Assembly (NCBI RefSeq): GCF_009914755.1 | Contig: NC_060944.1 | Reading direction: 5' to 3' (one strand) | From: the human T2T-CHM13v2.0 reference genome, Homo sapiens | DNA: 64,000 nt | In this document: positions 1-13,585 of the stretch, piece after piece | Position numbering within the stretch: the stretch's first letter is position 1 | Layout of the letters: every line of letters starts with the position of its first letter | Made by a program: the position numbers and the translations under genes | Notes under the pieces: generated by a model | What the model was told of the DNA's origin: nothing | What the model saw: only the letters and a program-made list of their open reading frames with translations | Database searches by the model: none

Positions 1-213
1 CCCTTTGCAGAAAATGTTTGCTGACCCCTGATCTAGACGTGGTTGATTTTATGGGTAATTTTTATTTTAAAATGCATTGGTGAGCTTTTAAAAATTAAAT
101 ACTTGTGATATTAAAATGGATTGTGCGTTAGAAAAAGCCTTAAAATTTGCTTGGTTGGAAAAAATTACTGGACGTAGAGTAGACTTGTTTCATCTTCATT
201 CCTGTTCTTGCAG

Positions 214-288
214 CATGATGAACTTGCCGATAGTCTTCCTTGTGCAGAAGGAGAGTTTATCTTCCTTCGGCTTAATGTTCTTCGTGAG
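214..288 (+). CDS. XRN2: XRN2 coding exon (HDELADSLPC...VLRE)
   Basis: cag|CAT...GAG|gt, 75 nt; matches XRN2 peptide as I recall it. Confidence 0.96.
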
Positions 289-373
289 GTATGTAGCAAT
301 AATCATTGAAATCAGCACTCTAAAGCAGGGTGCCTTTGATAGCTGTAATGGCAGCATTCCTTTTTGGTTGTAG

Positions 374-507
374 TATTTGGAAAGAGAACTCACAATGGCC
401 AGCCTACCATTCACATTTGATGTTGAGAGGAGCATTGATGACTGGGTTTTCATGTGCTTCTTTGTGGGAAATGACTTCCTCCCTCATTTGCCATCGTTAG
501 AGATTAG
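374..507 (+). CDS. XRN2: XRN2 coding exon (YLERELTM...[16 protein letters not shown]), XRN catalytic motif
   Basis: tag|TAT...AG|gt, 134 nt; conserved XRN GNDFLP motif. Confidence 0.97.
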
Positions 508-606
508 GTATGTGCATTTGTGTAGCTTTTCAAACGACTGTTTTAGGCTTCTTGACTTTACTGTGCCTACTGGTCCTAATGCATAATGTTTGTCTCTTGC
601 TGACAG

Positions 607-664
607 GGAAAATGCAATTGACCGTTTGGTTAACATATACAAAAATGTGGTACACAAAACTGGG
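607..664 (+). CDS. XRN2: XRN2 coding exon (ENAIDRLVNIYKNVVHKTG)
   Basis: cag|G...GGG|gtaagt, 58 nt, phase 2-0. Confidence 0.96.
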
Positions 665-747
665 GTAAGTTCATTCTTGAATGATTTCAAAACAGAAGTA
701 TTTGCTTTTATAAGAAGATCATTTTACATATATTTTATCACTTACAG

Positions 748-855
748 GGTTACCTTACAGAAAGTGGTTATGTCAATCTGCAAAGAGTACAGATGATCAT
801 GTTAGCAGTTGGTGAAGTTGAGGATAGCATTTTTAAAAAGAGAAAGGATGATGAG
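748..855 (+). CDS. XRN2: XRN2 coding exon (GYLTESG...KRKDDE)
   Basis: cag|GGT...GAG|gtaaa, 108 nt. Confidence 0.96.
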
Positions 856-1329
856 GTAAAGTGTTTCTATTGCAGTAGCTAAAATTGCTCCTGTCTCTAA
901 TAGGCTATGATGATCCTGTGATTACTTTTAATCTCTTTGAGTGTGTTTTTATATCATTATGGTGTGTCAACACTAATGTAATCATGAGTGGTCAGTGCTT
1001 TGATTATTTTATAAAGGTTGTGCTGCTTGCTCTGTGGAACTATGTATTGTACCCTGTTTGAGTTGCATTGTAATGTTTTTTCTGTCTTCATAATCTGAAT
1101 ATAAATCCAAACACATTTCTAATCAATAGGATTTGAAATGCGGGTACCAAGGCTGGAAGTCTATTGGGATTGAACTAGTGGCTGTCATGTTTTGAAGGCA
1201 GGAAGACAGGTTAAGAAGAATTGACAATGTAGGGAGTGTGGGTTGGATTATATCAGCCAGGGCAGAGGGTTGGGAGAATGTAGGATCTGTGGAGAGCTGA
1301 ATCTCTTAAAAAATTGAAACACAAGAAGG

Positions 1330-1990
1330 AAATAAAATAGCAAAGCATTTGAAAATTGATTGCATATTATGGATGAGCGCTTACATGAAAAGTCCAGGTT
1401 CTGGCTTGGGCAGTTAGGAATTTGCTGGTGCCATTTACTAAGATAGCAAGCACTAGGGGTGGAATGGGTTGGGGTGGGGACAAAGTAAAAACTGAGTTTC
1501 ATTTTGGAGATGTTTAATGTGAGGGGGCTGTAGGACACCTGAGAGGAGAAAAGTCCATTAAGCAGTTGAATGTGTATAAAGCTCAGGGCAGAAGTCTTTT
1601 GAAGAGATTTGAGAACCATTAACTAATGGAAGATACTTGAAACTATGAGTGTACTATGAGTGTGACCCTGGGAGCTTGTGTGGAGTAAAAGTACCTTTAA
1701 TAGAAGCCTAGGGAACCACGGACATTTAAAGAGAAAGAGGAGCCAGTTATAGAGAGGTAGAAGGAAATTCCTGAAGAGATGGGAAGCCATGCTCAAGGGG
1801 TCACAGTGAGATGGACAGGCACTTCGTCCGTGGACAGGGTTTGGGATCCACTGGTGAGCTGATAGGAGTGGAGGAGCAGCAGCCTGGAGGCAGAGTGATT
1901 GGAGGGTGATTGCAGGGTGTAGCAAGGGAGGCCAGCAGTGGGCAAAATAAGCAGGTAATAGCTTCTTAGAAACAGCAAGGAAATCCTTTC
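1330..1990. mobile_element. L2 LINE relic
   Basis: Purine-rich degenerate L2-like motifs; boundaries approximate. Confidence 0.6.
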
Positions 1991-2847
1991 AGAAACTGAT
2001 TTTATAAAAGTCATGTGGCTATTTTAAGCAGATAACAACATATATTACTGCTACATTGCTTCATGATCTCCCAGCACATTAAAATGTGTCATTGAATCTT
2101 ATTTTCTGTTTTCATCAACTTTGTATACTGTAGCTAGTGATCTCTTATTTTTAAAACTTTGGGTGTCATTTTATGTAACATAGTGAGTTGACTGTAAGCA
2201 TTCTTTCCAAAAGCCTTCAGTACTTGGTAATGTTTTTATGTGATGTCAAGAGTTTTTTGCATATAGAATTCAAATTACAGAACTAGCTTTGTCTGGAAGA
2301 TCAGATGTCAATTGGAACATTTTTAACTACTTTTTCAACAATTATGGTGGCATCCCTTGATCTGCTGCTACATACTTTGTACCACTTGGTTTAAAAACCT
2401 TGAGTTACAGTAGCTTCTACTGTCTCTTTAGCCGACTCTGCACCTTGAGTTGGCATTAGAGGAGGAAGTATGGGATTTGGTAGACACCATAGTGTTACAG
2501 ATTTAATTAATACGATTTTTCAGCTGACCTGGCAGGAGAGGGCATTTTAAAGCTTTGGATCTTTGTTGGTGTTCCTGAAGTCATGCCATGTCCTTCAGCA
2601 TGATTGGACACCAGGGGAAACCCTCAAAAACGCAATAGGAAAGTTTCCAGATATATGTATTTTTCTGGGAAGTATGTCCCTGGCATTTGACAGATTTCCA
2701 AAGGAGTTCATAGCACAAAAAAGGGAGAGATCCATAAGGTCCACCCAGGTGGTCTTCTGTTTGTGCGTGACTACCACCCTTAGAGATAGGCATTTAACAG
2801 ACCAGCAGAACAAATGATAGAAAAGGAATACATTAATATTTGTTATT

Positions 2848-3166
<319 letters not shown>

Positions 3167-3224
3167 TTAGGCAAGAAATGTGTTGCTTTTTATTGTATGA
3201 GCTTTCATGTTTACCTTTTAACTT

Positions 3225-4650
3225 GGGAATGTTGTTCATTTATTAAGCAAATATTTAAGTATTTACCATGTGCCAGACAGTGTTCTGAGTGCTAGTGATA
3301 CAGCAAAAAACAAAAAAGGAGACAGAAATCCCTGCCCTCATGGAGTTTACATTCTCTTGGGAGAGCTGGAAGATAAACACAGTAACTAAGTAAACCTCAT
3401 TAAGTGTTAGAGAATAAGTGCCACAAAGAAAACTAAAGCAGGTGAGGAGGCATCTGGGAAGGGAGAGGTTGGGCATTACAGTTCTAGAAAAGGTGACGAG
3501 AGATGGCCTCACTGACAGCTGACCTTGATTAAAGTTGTAAAGGATGTGAGGGAGCACACTGCAGATGTTTTCAGGAAGCACATTACAGACAGAGGGAATC
3601 ACCAGTGCCAAGGCCCTGGGGCAGGAACATACTCAGGATGTTCACAGAACACAAAGGAGCCAGTGTGGAAGGAGCAGAGGAGGCAAAGGAAGAGCAGTAG
3701 GAGATGAACTCAGAAAGAAGACGGAGGGCCCAGTCTGGTAGGACCCAACAGGTCATCATAGGACTGTTAACTTTCATTGTGCATCAGTGTAAGGTTTTGA
3801 GTAGAAAAGTGACAAGATTTGACACATACTGTAAAAGGATCACTCTAGCTGCCATGTTGGAAGTACTGTGTGGAGGGAAAGGTCAAAGCAGTGAGCCCCA
3901 GGCCAGTGAGGAGCCTTTTTTACAGTAATCCAAGGGAGCCTGGATGGTAGCAGTGGAGATCATCAGAGGCAGTTGGATTCTGAACATGTTTTGAAGGTAG
4001 AACCAGTGGGATTGGCAAATGGATTAAACATAGAGTGTAAGAGAAGGAAAGGTGACACAAGACTGAAAGATGTTTTGAGCAACCCTCATGGAAAGACTGG
4101 GAGGTGCAAAGGTGGGTTGGGGATTCTATTTCAGACATGTGAAGTTTGAGATAGCCAAATGGAGATGCTAAGTATGGAGAGGCTCTGGTTGGGGAGTCAT
4201 CAGCATGTAGATGGTGTTCAAAGCCATGAGACCAGGTGATGACTCCCATGGGAGGAGAGAAGTGGAGAGATCCAAGTACTGGGCCCAGGGGAGCACCAAC
4301 ATTAACTCATTTCTGCCCAGTGTTCCATTATTGGAACGATAAGCTTGTGGGAGTTATTTATATCCTACTGCTAAAGGTCATCACCAAGGTTTGATTTTTC
4401 ACACAAAAAACTTGCAACCTCCAGCATAAATGGGTTAAGAGGCTGGGGAGTTGAGGAACAAAGACACATAGCAAGAGGGAAGGAGATCAGGTGAGTGTAG
4501 CCTCCTGGAAGCCAAGTGAAGACTGATCCAAGGAGGAAAGAATCCTGGTCAGATAAGGACTGAAATCTGACTAATGGATTTCATAGTCTGCAGGTCATTG
4601 GTGACCTACACAAGAGACGTTTCATTGAAGATGGGACAGAAGCTTGATTA
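3225..4650. mobile_element. L2 LINE relic (3' end near 3230), interrupted by MER85
   Basis: attcatt...atttaagtatttaccatgtgccagacagtgttctgagtgct and gggagtcatcagcatgtagatggt motifs. Confidence 0.75.
4306..4434 (+). mobile_element. MER85 piggyBac-family MITE inserted in an L2
   Basis: TTAA target duplications (4302-4305, 4435-4438), TIR ...GCATAAATGGG, internal palindrome GTTCCATTATTGGAAC. Confidence 0.9.
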
Positions 4651-5713
4651 AATAAATCAGTGGTTTCTACATCAGAGGAGGTTTTAGGGTAGTTGATCAC
4701 CTGGGCTCCACTTTAGAGCAGGAGACTTATGTATCCGGCATTCAGCTTTTTGCCTGGCAGAAAGCACCAATTTCCAATTTCCTTAAGGCCTTATATTGCA
4801 GTTGGTAGGACTGACTTTGGAAGTGTACCTACTAGGATGACCATCAGTATAGGATCCACTGGCCCCTGTTTTAGGCTACAACAGTAGCTATGGCCACCCT
4901 AGCTGTCATTTCAGTTCCTTGATACTCAGGGAAACTTGGGCATGGTTATGGGAGGCCTGCGAATGGCCCAGAGTTAGTAGGGAACAAGATGAACACAAAA
5001 TTCTGTCTAGTTGAAACCATGGCTACAATTTGGAAATGAGTAGGGGGAAAGAATCAACGTGGGCTGGACCCTCTCCTGTGAATTAAATTGGCCCAGAGTA
5101 GTAAGCCGTGCATACACCTCAATTTCCTTCCTTTTTTTCCATCGGATTGATATTTTTGGAATCTGGCCAGGGTGAGGGATAATGTTTGCGTAGAGTCCCA
5201 CTTCTCTCTTTTCTCCATTGTGCCATGCATGCTATAGAATAAGAGCCCTTTTTAGATAACAGAGTCTAATTAAATTGTCTTGCTGATTTTTTAAAAAATG
5301 GATACCTTAGTTATTAACTACCTTCAACTAAACCTTAAGAATTGTTGAGTTGTTTATTTTATTTTATTTTATTTTTTAACTTACTTGTATCTTCTCCATA
5401 TTGACAGCCTGTTTGCTCCAGGATAAAACCAAGGGTCTTTGTAATGGCTTTGCATTTTCCTAAAATGATTCAAAAGCTTTCTGAACAGAATTACCAAGAT
5501 CAATTGAATTGTATCTAAATTCAGTCTTCCATTGTTAAGTTCTGATAAGCAGCATTTTGAACATATAGTCTTATTGCCTGGTTTAATCATGTACCTAGAT
5601 TTCTGGGGTCGTCCTTTAAAACTTAAGTTGTCTCCCAAATCATTCCTGGTAATGCTTAACTCTGACATTTTTGTGTAATTATTTGACAGAATATGTGGAT
5701 TTTATACTTTTAG

Positions 5714-5758
5714 GACAGTTTTAGAAGACGACAGAAAGAAAAAAGAAAGAGAATGAAG
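5714..5758 (+). CDS. XRN2: XRN2 coding exon (DSFRRRQKEKRKRMK)
   Basis: tag|GAC...AAG|gtgag, 45 nt. Confidence 0.95.
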
Positions 5759-6808
5759 GTGAGTTTTAATTAATTTCATGAGATTGGCAATAGCGTAATT
5801 TTACAATTTATGAGGAAGATGTTCATTACAGTAGCTTTATTCCTTGTCCAGTAGGACTTGGTCAGGGACGTAAGTGTCCACCCAGTTACCTTTTTACCTG
5901 TAGAAAGAACACTGGTGTCGATTTAAAGAAGGTCCTCTAGGCTCTGATGTCTGAAGGGATACACTTGGGAGGTGAGAGGTGGGTGGCAGTTAGCTATTTG
6001 AATGGTTTACAGCAATCAAGTATTGTTTTTTAAGTAAAAATGGTCAATATTTTGTATCCCCTTGAAAGTTACTGTACTCTTATTTCTACCTCTTTGTCAG
6101 ATTAATCTTTCTAGAACACAACACTCTAAACTTGTTTCTCTGCTCTAAAAGCACCACTGACTCCTTAATCCCCTCAGAATCCAATTCTGTCTTAGTTTGG
6201 TGTTCAGAGCACACTGTCATCCAGTTGAATTCCAGCCGTCCAGCACATCCCCTGTTGTCTTCTAAATACGCCATATCCCTGCTGATTAAGAGTGTTGCCT
6301 TCATTTGTAACCTCTGAATGGATTTTTGACTTTGCAGCTCACTGACATCATACCTTTTCTACAAGGCCTCCCTTCTTGGTTATGCTCATAGTACAGGTTG
6401 AGCAATCCTTTCTTTTAACTCTGGTGCTTCCTATGTCTGATACATGTTTTCTTACTTAATTGCATAATGCTTTATAGTCATTTAACTTCTTTAGTTCTTG
6501 TTTTCTTATCTTCCCTACTAGATTTTCAAGCTTGTGGAGTTTAGGGACTGCCTTTTACTACGTTTTGTTAGAATTAAGCAATTTCAGGAAACAAGAAGGG
6601 AGAAAAGTAGAGTTATTTATTGTTGCAGTGGGTTCAAAATCATTTAGATTGGGAGGGGCATATTTGGTTTCTACTTATATATTACTATTTTTGTCAGTAT
6701 CTTAGTCAGCCAAGACTATCACCTATGTTAGCTATAATCATATCTAATTAATTGGAAATAAAGAGTTAAATTCTAGCAAGGCAAAGGGTAAATAAAAGTT
6801 GTATTTCC

Positions 6809-6985
6809 ACAAAAATTAGCCGGGTGTGGTGACGTGTGCCTGTAATCCCAGCTACTCGGGAGGCTGAGGTGAGAGGATCGCTTGAATTCAGGAAGCAGAG
6901 GTTGCAGTGAGTGGAGATTGCACCACTGCACCCTAGCCTGCACAACAGAGTGAGACTCTGTCTCAAAAATAAATAAATAAATTTA
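6809..6985 (+). mobile_element. 5'-truncated Alu (right arm)
   Basis: TSD aaaagttgtatttcc on both sides. Confidence 0.9.
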
Positions 6986-7390
6986 AAAAGTTGTATTTCC
7001 TAAGTATAACTCAAACTCAACTTTTTTTAAACCTAAATTATTTTGTTTTTATTAGCCTGAAATTGTGTCTCGAATGTTTTCTGTAATTATAAAAAGCAGT
7101 GGGTTAGCATAATGAGACTTGAAAGATTTTCTCTATGTTTCAGTATAATGTATTATATGTACTTTAGGACTGAGTTATTAAGTATTATAGGCTATTGTTT
7201 AGAAGGTATAAGTTACCATCAAATCAAAGTGTAGACAACCTTGTAATATTAACGAAGATCATTTGGTTTTTTAGTGAGTTTTGTAAAGTGCTTACAGTTT
7301 GGACTTTATTCCATTGCCCTTCTTTTCTTTCTGTCATCTAACTGTGTTGTGATTTAATTTTAATTTCTACATTCATTCCATTTATGTTAG

Positions 7391-7522
7391 AGAGATCAAC
7401 CAGCTTTCACTCCTAGTGGAATATTAACTCCTCATGCCTTGGGTTCAAGAAATTCACCAGGTTCTCAAGTAGCCAGTAATCCGAGACAAGCAGCCTATGA
7501 AATGAGGATGCAGAATAACTCT
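7391..7522 (+). CDS. XRN2: XRN2 coding exon (RDQPAFTP...MQNNS)
   Basis: tag|AGA...TCT|gtaag, 132 nt. Confidence 0.95.
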
Positions 7523-9329
7523 GTAAGTGGCTTACTTTTATGTGACATTTAAGAGTGGTGAATATCACATACCTCTTGCAGGGGTGGTGTGTGTGTGAAA
7601 TTTATCACAGCCTGGAGTTTTGTTTTATAGTTTTTCTTAATTGCTTTGCCTTGAGAAATGTTTAGTTCTGTTAAGTCCATCTTTATCAATATGAAAATAT
7701 CCAAATGATGTGAAAGAAGAGCACGTAGGATTGTTGATACATGCGAATATAAAGAGCTGATTCCAGTTTGGGTGACAGCGTGAGACCCTGTCTCAAAAAT
7801 AAGCTAAGTGGCTGCAGTGTTTTTGTAATGCAGATGAACCACACACTGCTTCTCCCTTCTCCAAAGAATAGGGTGGTGAATGGTTCTAGAAGCTTGTCAA
7901 GGGACATCCATATGTCTCAAAGCTGAGGCAAGAGGAGGAGGATGGGTTTTATTCCCTTATTTCCCCTTTCCTTCAGTGGGCAGTTGTGAGCATTTTGCAA
8001 AATAGTATTCCTTAGGTGTAAACTCTGGCTCTCCAATTCAGCATGGAATAGATCTAAATAAATATCTTAAGGTAGCACTTACTGGTTACTCCCTGTTTGT
8101 GAACTCAGCAACTGCATGCATTTATTTGCCTTGTGGTATTCTTCCATATTTGAACTTGGTAATCCAAACTCCAGAAGCAAATCAACCTATCCTGCAAGGC
8201 TGTACTTTGTCCACCACCTTCCTATTGTAGTGGAAATAGACCATGAGCTCTCAGAATACCCAGTGGGACAGCAACAGGGCTGAGGGAACAGACCCTGATC
8301 TAACAGTAGAGGAAGGAACATACACTTTTGCTATGATATATCCAAGGAAATTGAATAAGCTTGGATATTTAATTTCTGTTATTCTGTTAGTTATCCTATT
8401 GATGCTCATATGGAACAGAAATAGCTGATGCCCATCATTCAAGATTTTAGTGACTACCATCCCCGCAGAGCAGAACTGAGAGTGACTGGTGGTGTTATAT
8501 GCCCTGTTGATGGTAGAGTACTTTTTTTTTTAAATCTTGGGAGGCAGGCAGGTTTAAACTTTGCCAGCTGTGGTTGCTTCAGGAAGCATTCCAGTATTAT
8601 CTTCAGGCCCGGTAGTATTAGGCCACAGGACCAGACTGTAGATCGATAACATCTGCCATAGGAGTAGTAATGGGGAGACTGGTGATGAGGTTGCTTCTTT
8701 GATTCTGTCTTAATTAACTTCCCTTGCCACAATTATTTCTATATAGAGGAGGTATGGAATTCGAATCTTTGCAGAGTGGGATTTTCACCTAGAATGTTCT
8801 AAATTTAAGGAAATTTTGAAGTCAAATTACCAGTTTATTTAAAGGGAGCCATTAAAGTTACAGATTTCTCGTGTTTTATTTTTCTGAGCTGTTGGGTTGT
8901 AGTCTCTAATACTTATCTACTGATGATTAACATTCTTAGTGTTTTATTAAATAGCTTCCATTTCCTTATATTTGTGGTTTTATATTTAGCGTTCTTCAGT
9001 GTGGTTTCATTATATCTAATTTGATGAAAAAAACAGCTTAAGAAGAAATTTGAATTTAATATGAATCTGGTATGTTCACAAGGGAATATTTTTGTTGGTA
9101 GAGACAGCAGCGGAGATTTAGCATTAAATGGTGAACAGCATTTTTTTCTAGAAAGTATATTATTATTTGTTTTCTAAAGATAGAGTTTATATCTTGTTAG
9201 TAATTAATTTTGTTAAAGTTTGCTTTTTACACAACTTCTCTGTAGACAGTTAATGGGAATGTCACTCTCATAATTTAATACAAATGGATTAGTGTAGGGT
9301 TGAAAAAACAATAGTGATTACTTACTGAA

Positions 9330-9550
9330 TGGTTAACTACCATGTACCATGTAGGCAGCATGCCAGTAATCTTTCACATGTATTGATGCATTTAATCCTT
9401 GCAATAACTTGTAAGGAAACAGAACGTTATCATCCCCATTTTAAGATGAGGCTCACAGAGGTTAAGTAATAAATTGTTCAAGGCCACACAGCCAGTAAAG
9501 GTTGAATTTGGTATTTCAGACTCAGATCTGTATGACTAAAATACAACAAT
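9330..9550. mobile_element. MIR SINE
   Basis: ccccattttaagatgaggctcacagaggttaagtaa core. Confidence 0.75.
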
Positions 9551-10759
9551 ACCTGCCTCGTTTTCCAAGTACAACAGTGCCTTCCTGTATTTATTTTTAT
9601 TGGGTTTTTTTTTGACAATATTGTCTGTACCTTTTCATTAATAACATTGACATTATGTTTTTAAAAGAGATGTGCTCTAAGTTCTATGTGAAATATGATT
9701 TCGTATTATTTTAACTTTTCTTGACCTGTGGTATGAACTGTGTTTATGCTGTGGATACTCTAATTATTATATCATTCAAATGGCCTTCTGTGCTCTCAGT
9801 TTAAAAAAAATTCAGTTTACTTGAAATAGCTAATATACTGTGAGTAACAGAAGAAAAACTTGACTGTGGAAATGTTTCTGCCCCTTATGTTTTTGGTGAT
9901 GTGGTCCTTTAGCTTGAGTAACTAAAGTTGCAGAACATTTTCTTTTAATTTTTAAATATTAAAATATGTTAGGGTTATATTAAAATATGTTAATTAAAAT
10001 TAACGTATTATGTTAATTGAGTTAGGTACAAAGGGAAGATAATACTGAATTTAAAGTGACAGCTAAGTCTTTGAAATACTAATAAAATCTGCATTTTTCT
10101 AAGATGACTAATAGATTTTTATTTGTTGATTGATTTTTAAAACTGAACATATAAAGTAATTTAAGTTATCTAACACAGTCTTATTAAACTTGCTTTTCAG
10201 AGTGGTTGTACTAGGTTGAAGACTTAACCATTTAGCTGCATTCTCACCAGCATTGACTATTTTATATATTATTACATCTATATTATTATATATTATATGC
10301 TATATATGTAATGCATTTTATATATCACATAATTTTTTCCCCTCATAGCTTTGCCATTTGGTAGGTGGCAAATGATTGTGAATTCCTAACAGGAATTGTT
10401 ACAACTGATTGTCACAAATGATTGTGAACCACCAAAGGAAAATAAAATTCAAGTACTATAATTTTTAAAAATCTATAAAATTAAAACTTTTTTTTTCTTC
10501 AGAAACTTTTTTTTTTGCCCTAATAATGTTAATTGTTTTTAATTTAAGCATAGAAAGTTTGGGTATTACATTACTTCTTTTGAGGGGAAGTGAAATGGAG
10601 CAAGATCAGTCTCTGTACCTTCTAAATATGTTTACCATCTCTATGTAGTAGCTTTAAAAATGTTACTGTGAAACATGGTAAGTAGTGGTGGTTGGATGTA
10701 CCTTCTTATGTAAAATGAATAATGAAATCCTTCTTCTGTAATGTCATCATTGTCTGCAG

Positions 10760-10878
10760 AGTCCTTCGATATCTCCTAATACGAGTTTCACATCTGATGG
10801 CTCCCCGTCTCCATTAGGAGGAATTAAGCGAAAAGCAGAAGACAGTGACAGTGAACCTGAGCCAGAGGATAATGTCAG
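10760..10878 (+). CDS. XRN2: XRN2 coding exon (SPSISP...EPEDNV)
   Basis: cag|AGT...AG|gtga, 119 nt. Confidence 0.95.
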
Positions 10879-11915
10879 GTGAAGCCATTTTTTGGTAGCA
10901 CTTTGTTAGCAAATTGCTGAAATAGATGCAGTCTAATTAATGCTATTTAGCTTAGAGCAGCAGTGCCTTCAGATGCTTGCCTGTGATCTTTTTATCCATC
11001 AGTAATTAATGTGGAGGGTTAGAATAGTCAGTAAATTCCAGTGAGATGTGTAAGCTGTAGCTGTTAAACCTAAGTGTCTAGATTAGTATGCGTGCAGGCT
11101 TTCGTCCTCCAATCCACTTTTCCCTCTGAGACCAGGCACAAGATCGGCTAGATATCATATCTAGGTGTTTAGCTCTGACTATGTGATCTGAATGTTGCTG
11201 TTTGGAGACTGATTAAATTTTCAAGCTGCTTAACCTAGAAAGTTCAGTTATACTTAGACACTTAATATAGTTTGCCTTAATCTTCTCTATTGAAAGAGTT
11301 CTTCCTCAAAATGAAATATGCAGAAATCATTCTGTTAAGAGATCAATATGTATGTTTTTTAAAAACCACAGACTTGCATATGCGCAATTATATTTCATGA
11401 CAGAGGAGTTTCCCTTTAACTGTATACTTCAAATTTAAAATAGGAAGCTGATTCTTTAATTCATCCTGAAGTTTGAGATCATTATATAATAAGATTAACA
11501 ACCTCTCATGTAATTAAATCCAGATTTGAACCGTGGGCTCCAAGTGCAAAAGGCCAACAATCTCAATAATTGTAGCTCATTAAGAATTTAGGAAAACGAT
11601 CTATTTCAAAGGTAAACAAGACAGTAGTCACCTACAGCTCATGCTTCTTTTACAGGACATGGAAAGTGTGTGATTTGTGTTTATGATTAGAAACTTTGCA
11701 AGGGTCACGTGTGGTTCTGCACATTTTTCTAACATTCTTTGACTTCAGATCCATGTCTACTTGTGATTGAACATTTACTCTGTATATCTTTAGTTTCTAT
11801 CCTCTACTTTCTGTACTTTGGGTTTTCCTCTTACAGCATGTCTTTGGTTTTGTTTACTATGTAGCCATCATGATCAATACTAGTTTAATAGGTAACTTGA
11901 TTTGTTTAGTATTTT

Positions 11916-11978
11916 ATTGTTTAATCCTAGAGGAAATTGTTTAATCCTAGAGGAAATCATTGTTTAATCCTAGAGGAA
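11916..11978. repeat. 3 copies of 20-bp attgtttaatcctagaggaa
   Basis: Exact copies at 11916, 11936 and 11959. Confidence 0.95.
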
Positions 11979-13083
11979 ATGCCTCTACCAAGAAATGCTT
12001 GGGGCTTTTAGCATTTTTTCATTAACCTTTTCTGTAAAATAGTGATAATCCACCTTATGAATGGGGGATATTTCTAATTGTTATTCTGTGACTCCTTTGT
12101 GTTGTGGGAGGGGCAGATTAAAATTGATACGGTATATTCTGAAACATGACTGCAATTAATATGTGAAATCTGGCACATGGAAAAGAGGCCTAAATGGAGA
12201 ATCATCTTGATGTTCTTGATCTGTTCTGATGTTTGTAAAGTGTTATTTGGCTTCTTTATGTTCCTTAAATGTTAAATCTTAGAGAATAAGAAATGGATTC
12301 TTAAAAAAAATAATACATTGGATGAAAATGTGGTTGGTCACATTGTATTTTCAGTGATGAATGATAATTTAGTGGATTCATTGACCTGCTTCTAGATTTT
12401 ACCATAACATACATATGTTTGTGTGTGTGTATGTATACATAGATATATAGAGATATAGAATGTGTATGTCTCTCTATATATATCTCTATCTCCTTTCCTT
12501 AAGCCATCAACAACTCTTAGCTGAAAGAGGGATAAGGCCCAAGCAAGGATAGAGAGAGTAGGTATACACATAATTTCTGCCTAATGTCTAGATTATTCTT
12601 TTATAAACTATTTTTTACATTTAAAAAAGTTACCTGTGTGCGTCTTAAGTAATTTAGTTGACTTTCTTTGTATGGTTTAAATATATTTTAACAAACTAAG
12701 GAACTTGAACTATTTAAAATATCTTCAATATTTGAATCTTAAAATGTAGCTTTAGAATTGTACAAAGAAACATATAAAGTAGTATTAAAATTTGAGCAAA
12801 TGTGTTCTGTATCTTTTTCAATAACATTTTTGAAAATGTGGTTTTATAATGGTCTTACCAGAATCAGTGATTGGGGTGTGTTTAACTGTCTTTAAGTTGA
12901 TAATAAATCCTATGAAATTAGACTTTTTAGAAATAGTTAAATGAATCTGTGTTAGCATGACTGTTTAACTCTTTCACATTTCCCCTGGGTATTAAATATA
13001 AATTGATTTGGGGTATAAATTAGTAGACAGCCTGTTACTGAAGGTGTGTTAATTCAGCATAAATGAGCTGTGCCTGGTTTTAG

Positions 13084-13219
13084 GTTATGGGAAGCTGGCT
13101 GGAAGCAGCGGTACTACAAGAACAAATTTGATGTGGATGCAGCTGATGAGAAATTCCGTCGGAAAGTTGTGCAGTCGTACGTTGAAGGACTTTGCTGGGT
13201 TCTTAGATATTATTACCAG
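13084..13219 (+). CDS. XRN2: XRN2 coding exon ([11 protein letters not shown]...WVLRYYYQ)
   Basis: tag|G...CAG|gtac, 136 nt; XRN CR2 region. Confidence 0.97.
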
Positions 13220-13280
13220 GTACAAAAAGAATATTTTCCTCTGAATTTGTAGTTAATCATTTAAGAAAAATAGTAATTTC

Positions 13281-13585
13281 TTTTTTTTTGTTTGTTTTTT
13301 GTTTTTGAGACGGAGTCTTGCCCTGTCACCTGGGCGGGAGGGCAATGGCGTGATCTCAACTCACTGCGACCTCTGCCTCCCAGGTTCAAGCGATTCTCCT
13401 GCCTCAGCCTCCTGAGTAGCTAGGATTACAGAGCGCACCACCACACCCGGCTAATTTTTGTATTTTTAGTAGAGACGGGGTTTCACCATGTTGGTCAGGC
13501 TGGTCTCAAACTCCTGACCTCGTGATCCGCCTGCCGCAGCCTCCTAAAGTAGTGGGATTACAGGCATGAACCACTGCGTCCAGCC
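13281..13585 (-). mobile_element. Alu (S-type)
   Basis: Antisense Alu, TSD agtaatttct. Confidence 0.95.

Noticed and set aside
11916-11978. CRISPR-like direct repeats
   Set aside because: No unique spacers, eukaryotic context, no cas genes.
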